Assembly (NCBI RefSeq): GCF_964204645.1
Contig: NC_134036.1
Span: 10,519,859 to 10,583,858, forward strand
Length of the DNA stretch: 64,000 bases
Direction: 5' to 3'
Source of the DNA: Tubulanus polymorphus
Lineage: Eukaryota; Animalia; Nemertea
Shown here piece after piece: positions 60,630-64,000 of the stretch. Positions within the stretch are counted from its first letter, which is position 1; every line of letters begins with the position of its first letter. The translations under genes and the position numbers were made by a program. The notes under the pieces are model-generated. The model was not told the DNA's origin and made no database searches. It was given only the letters and a program-made list of their open reading frames with translations.

Positions 60630-61729
60630 GATTAACACAAAATACTTTTTATGTTCCAAATAGTATTTATTTATCAGCCGATATAAAAGTAATCGGTAAT
60701 AATAATAATTATGTTGTTGATAATGTTGGAAGATATTTGATTAAAAAATTAACTATAAAGATTGGTCCAGAAACAGTTTTCTCATTAGATGATTATAATT
60801 TATTTATGCATTATAAAGATTTATGGTTAACTAAAGAAAATAGAAATAATATGATATTTCAAGGCATCCAATCAGAAAACCAAAATAAATTAGCTAATAG
60901 CGCAATATTAACTAATGCTGTAGATAAATTGATAAAAAGTATATATGGAAGCAAATATAAAATTCCATTAGATTTTGAATTGATAAATAATAATGCACCT
61001 TTATATAAATACGCAATTCAAGAAGATATTATATTTGAAATAACATTTGCTCCTGTAAATGAAATTGTATTATCTGGCGTTGTTAAAGATATGGGTTATA
61101 AATTATCGAATATATGTTTAGAATATGATACAGTAACTGATGAAAATATTTCAAGTATAATTCAAACTCAATACAATCAAGGATTTTCATTATTATATGA
61201 TTATATTGATAAATTTAAAACTGTAACTATTAATGCAAATGATGAAATAATTAATGAGAATATTAACTTCCCAAGAAGATCTATTAAAGGTATATTAATA
61301 TTTTTTACCATTGCAACATATACTAATGGCGCAATAAATGTTGATAATTATTATAATCCTGAAATAACAAAAGTAGAAATAACTATCGAAGGAATAGCAA
61401 ATAAAATATTTTGTCAAGGAATGAGAATGATAGATCAATGGCCAGAAATTAGAAAACATTTTATGAATGAAAAAGTAAAATCATCTGAAAATTGTAATAT
61501 TAATCAAATTGATTATTATACCGGCAATAGATATGCATTATGGTTAGATTTTAGAACAACAGAGGATAATTCATTACATGGTTCTGGAAAAAAATTACAA
61601 AACACTAAAGATGGAATACAATTATTCATGACAAAGAAAAAGGGAAGCCTAAATTTCAAAATGCATATTTATATTATATCTGACGCGCAATTAAATATTG
61701 AATTCACAATTAGATAGTGTTATGTATTA
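60630..61729 (+). pseudogene. Major capsid protein, 5'-truncated, with a 2-nt deletion near the C-terminus
   Basis: Direct comparison with the first copy. Confidence 0.8.
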
Positions 61730-61762
61730 AAATTTTAACTTTAATAAATATTTATATAATAA

Positions 61763-62641
61763 ATGGAAGGTGGTAAAGTATATAAACATATTCCATACAT
61801 CGATACACATGAAAATAATGATGGTTTATATTATGTAATACCTTGTAATATAGCTTTGATATTTGATCCTATTTTCAAAATTTATAAAACTAAACTAATA
61901 GAAATCGATAATAATAAAAGTGAAGTTGTTGATAATTTATGTAATGTAATTGATAATAATGTAATACCTACCACATCTAATAATGTAATACCTTCTACAT
62001 CTAATAATGTAATACCTTCTACATCTAATAATGTAATACCTTCTACATCTAATAATGAAATAATATTAAATGTTAGTGAAAATAGAAATTACTGTGATTA
62101 TTGTAAAGGCGAATTTTCAAACGCTCCATCAAATTGGAATAAACATATGAATACAAAGGTACATATTACTAATGTTATAAAACGTGTTGGTTTAAGAGAA
62201 TTTATAGAACACCCATTTAGATATATTACAAAATTTGTTTCAAATAAAAAAGTAAATGGTAAAGAATTATATGAAGATTTTTTATTAGCAACGCCTAACA
62301 AAGATGAATTAGATTTAACCGATGCTAATAAAATATTAGGATCAAACACTGTAAATGAAATATTAGGAGCAAACACTAATAAAGATGATAATGAAAATGG
62401 TGCCGTATGGTACCCACATGGTGATATAGTTACAGATAAGCATATTGATATTAAAGATTCTATGAAACATAAAGTAGAAAAAAATGATAAATTTGATTGG
62501 ATGAATAAGCATAACAATGAAACAACTATTGATGATGCGGTAAAAAGGGTGAAGAATAAGTATAAAAATAATGAAGAATTAGAAGAAGATTCGGTAGAGA
62601 AATTGAATAGATTGTTAGGGTCTGATAGTGAAAGTGATTAA
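61763..62641 (+). CDS. Variable Polinton protein (292 aa) with NVIPSTSN repeats and one C2H2 finger
   Basis: TAAATG start; shares MEG.KVY, LYYVIP and NVIPSTSN with ORF 40227-41285; CDYC..WNKH...KVH. Confidence 0.8.
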   Translation: MEGGKVYKHIPYIDTHENNDGLYYVIPCNIALIFDPIFKIYKTKLIEIDNNKSEVVDNLCNVIDNNVIPTTSNNVIPSTSNNVIPSTSNNVIPSTSNNEIILNVSENRNYCDYCKGEFSNAPSNWNKHMNTKVHITNVIKRVGLREFIEHPFRYITKFVSNKKVNGKELYEDFLLATPNKDELDLTDANKILGSNTVNEILGANTNKDDNENGAVWYPHGDIVTDKHIDIKDSMKHKVEKNDKFDWMNKHNNETTIDDAVKRVKNKYKNNEELEEDSVEKLNRLLGSDSESD

Positions 62642-62866
62642 GATATTAATTATATTTAACTAAAATAATAATAAAGGTTGAAAATTGTGAAAATAATAGT
62701 AAATAAAAAAGGGGGTTTTAAGTATTTAAGGTATCTAATACATGTATAATACAATCTCATACAATCTAATACATAAAATATCTTATTTTATAAACTGATA
62801 TTCATATGGAAATTGAAACCTCAGTAATAATAAATAACCTTAATTATTTTCAAACTTATTCATATC

Positions 62867-63100
62867 CCATGTAGCAAATAAACGTTAAATGGACGTTATA
62901 AGAAGGTTTAATTACAACATTGTAACGTTTGAATAAAACGTTACCAGAACGTTTGTATAACATCCATTTGTTAAGTTTTTTAGCTGTTAAATCAACGTTT
63001 CACTACAACGTTAAATGAACGTTGTCAAAGGAATCTTTATAACATTTCCAGAACGATTATCGAAATCCAAATAAAACCTTTCCTACACATAAAATGGACG
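62867..63100. repeat. AACGTT-rich MITE-like repeat truncating the Polinton fragment
   Basis: CCCATGTAGCAAA start followed by many AACGTT motifs. Confidence 0.5.
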
Positions 63101-63587
63101 CTGAAAATGTCAAATTATATATATAAGAAAATTTATTTCATTTTTCTTTTACAATAATTATAAGTTTTTTGTTGAATACATTTAAATCATCTCGAATCTT
63201 GAATAACGAATTAGAATGAACCCATACACTTTTTGAATATGAATGCATTTAAATAATCTAAATCAATAACGACCACATACACTTTTTAAGTATAGTGTAA
63301 ATACATAAAAATGACATTACTAAATTTGTAAAACTCAAAAATTTACGCGTGCACTCTTATTACGTCCAGTTATTGCATTTAATGTTCCTATTAATTATCC
63401 TACAGTAGACTCCGCTTAACTCATTTTCAATTATTGCTGATTAACGTCAGGTTCATCAATATCAGATTCAAACACATGACGATCTACTACCAAAGCAGCT
63501 GCTGCAGGGTTCTACAACACAATCATGACAAAGATGTAGAATTATGGCAATACTGATGAGTAAGAGAAGGAAGAACCTAGAATACTC

Positions 63588-63726
63588 GGGCCAGTTGCAC
63601 AGTCGTGACTCAAGTCCACAAGTGGTCTTATATCTTAAGACTAGTCTTAAGTTGTTAGATTGGCTATAGAACTAAATTGGTCTTAGACTGGTCTTAAATA
63701 TAAGCAATGACTGTGCAACTGGCCCC
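63588..63726. mobile_element. MITE, copy 2
   Basis: GGGCCAGTTGCACAGTC...GACTGTGCAACTGGCCC. Confidence 0.8.
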
Positions 63727-64000
63727 TGGTCACTGGGTTGATGGCATACTAGTAATGGAACAGGCTTGTACTTGATAAAACTTTTAATTAAACTTATTTG
63801 ATGCCAACACTTAAAATCTACCAAAGAATTGAAAAAAAATAAATAATAACACGTTCTTCATAAAATCTTCCTAGTCTGTTGAAAAAATCAGATCTCAGGA
63901 CCTGCTAGACTAGGGGTTCAGGGACACCATGCCCGCTTGGGAAGTGTTTGAAATGCTCAACAATCAGAAAATTTCAATATTCAACGCCCCCTGGTGAATA

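Larger units (their letters stand above)
60630..62866. mobile_element. Truncated fragment of a related Polinton (MCP - variable ORF - ATPase 3' end)
   Basis: MCP nearly identical to 37806-38916; 62783-62866 matches the ATPase 3' end (41807-41890); same gene order. Confidence 0.92.

Overview
Transposon-dense region of an AT-rich animal (probably invertebrate) nuclear genome; no ordinary host gene is recognisable. The centrepiece is a full-length 20,006-bp Polinton/Maverick-type endogenous virus (27610-47615) with 579-bp terminal inverted repeats (TIRs) and a 6-bp target-site duplication (TSD), TAAACT. It encodes protein-primed PolB, minor and major capsid proteins, packaging ATPase, integrase-chromodomain, HNH nuclease and several membrane proteins. 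Its TIRs start with a 408-bp self-complementary palindrome, and 14 of its 16 genes start in a poxvirus-late-promoter-like TAAATG. The Polinton sits in a Penelope-like hammerhead motif, inside a CAGGG-ended DNA transposon. That transposon, an L2 LINE fragment and a Harbinger transposon together split one spliced zinc-finger/tyrosine-recombinase (Crypton-like) gene over 30 kb. The window also holds two diverged RAG1/Transib-like transposase genes, one with an internal PHD finger. Both have tandem exon-intron units upstream and a covarying hairpin repeat downstream. A second truncated Polinton fragment, a second tyrosine-recombinase fragment, MITEs and satellites complete the window. All family assignments come from motifs read by eye, not database searches.
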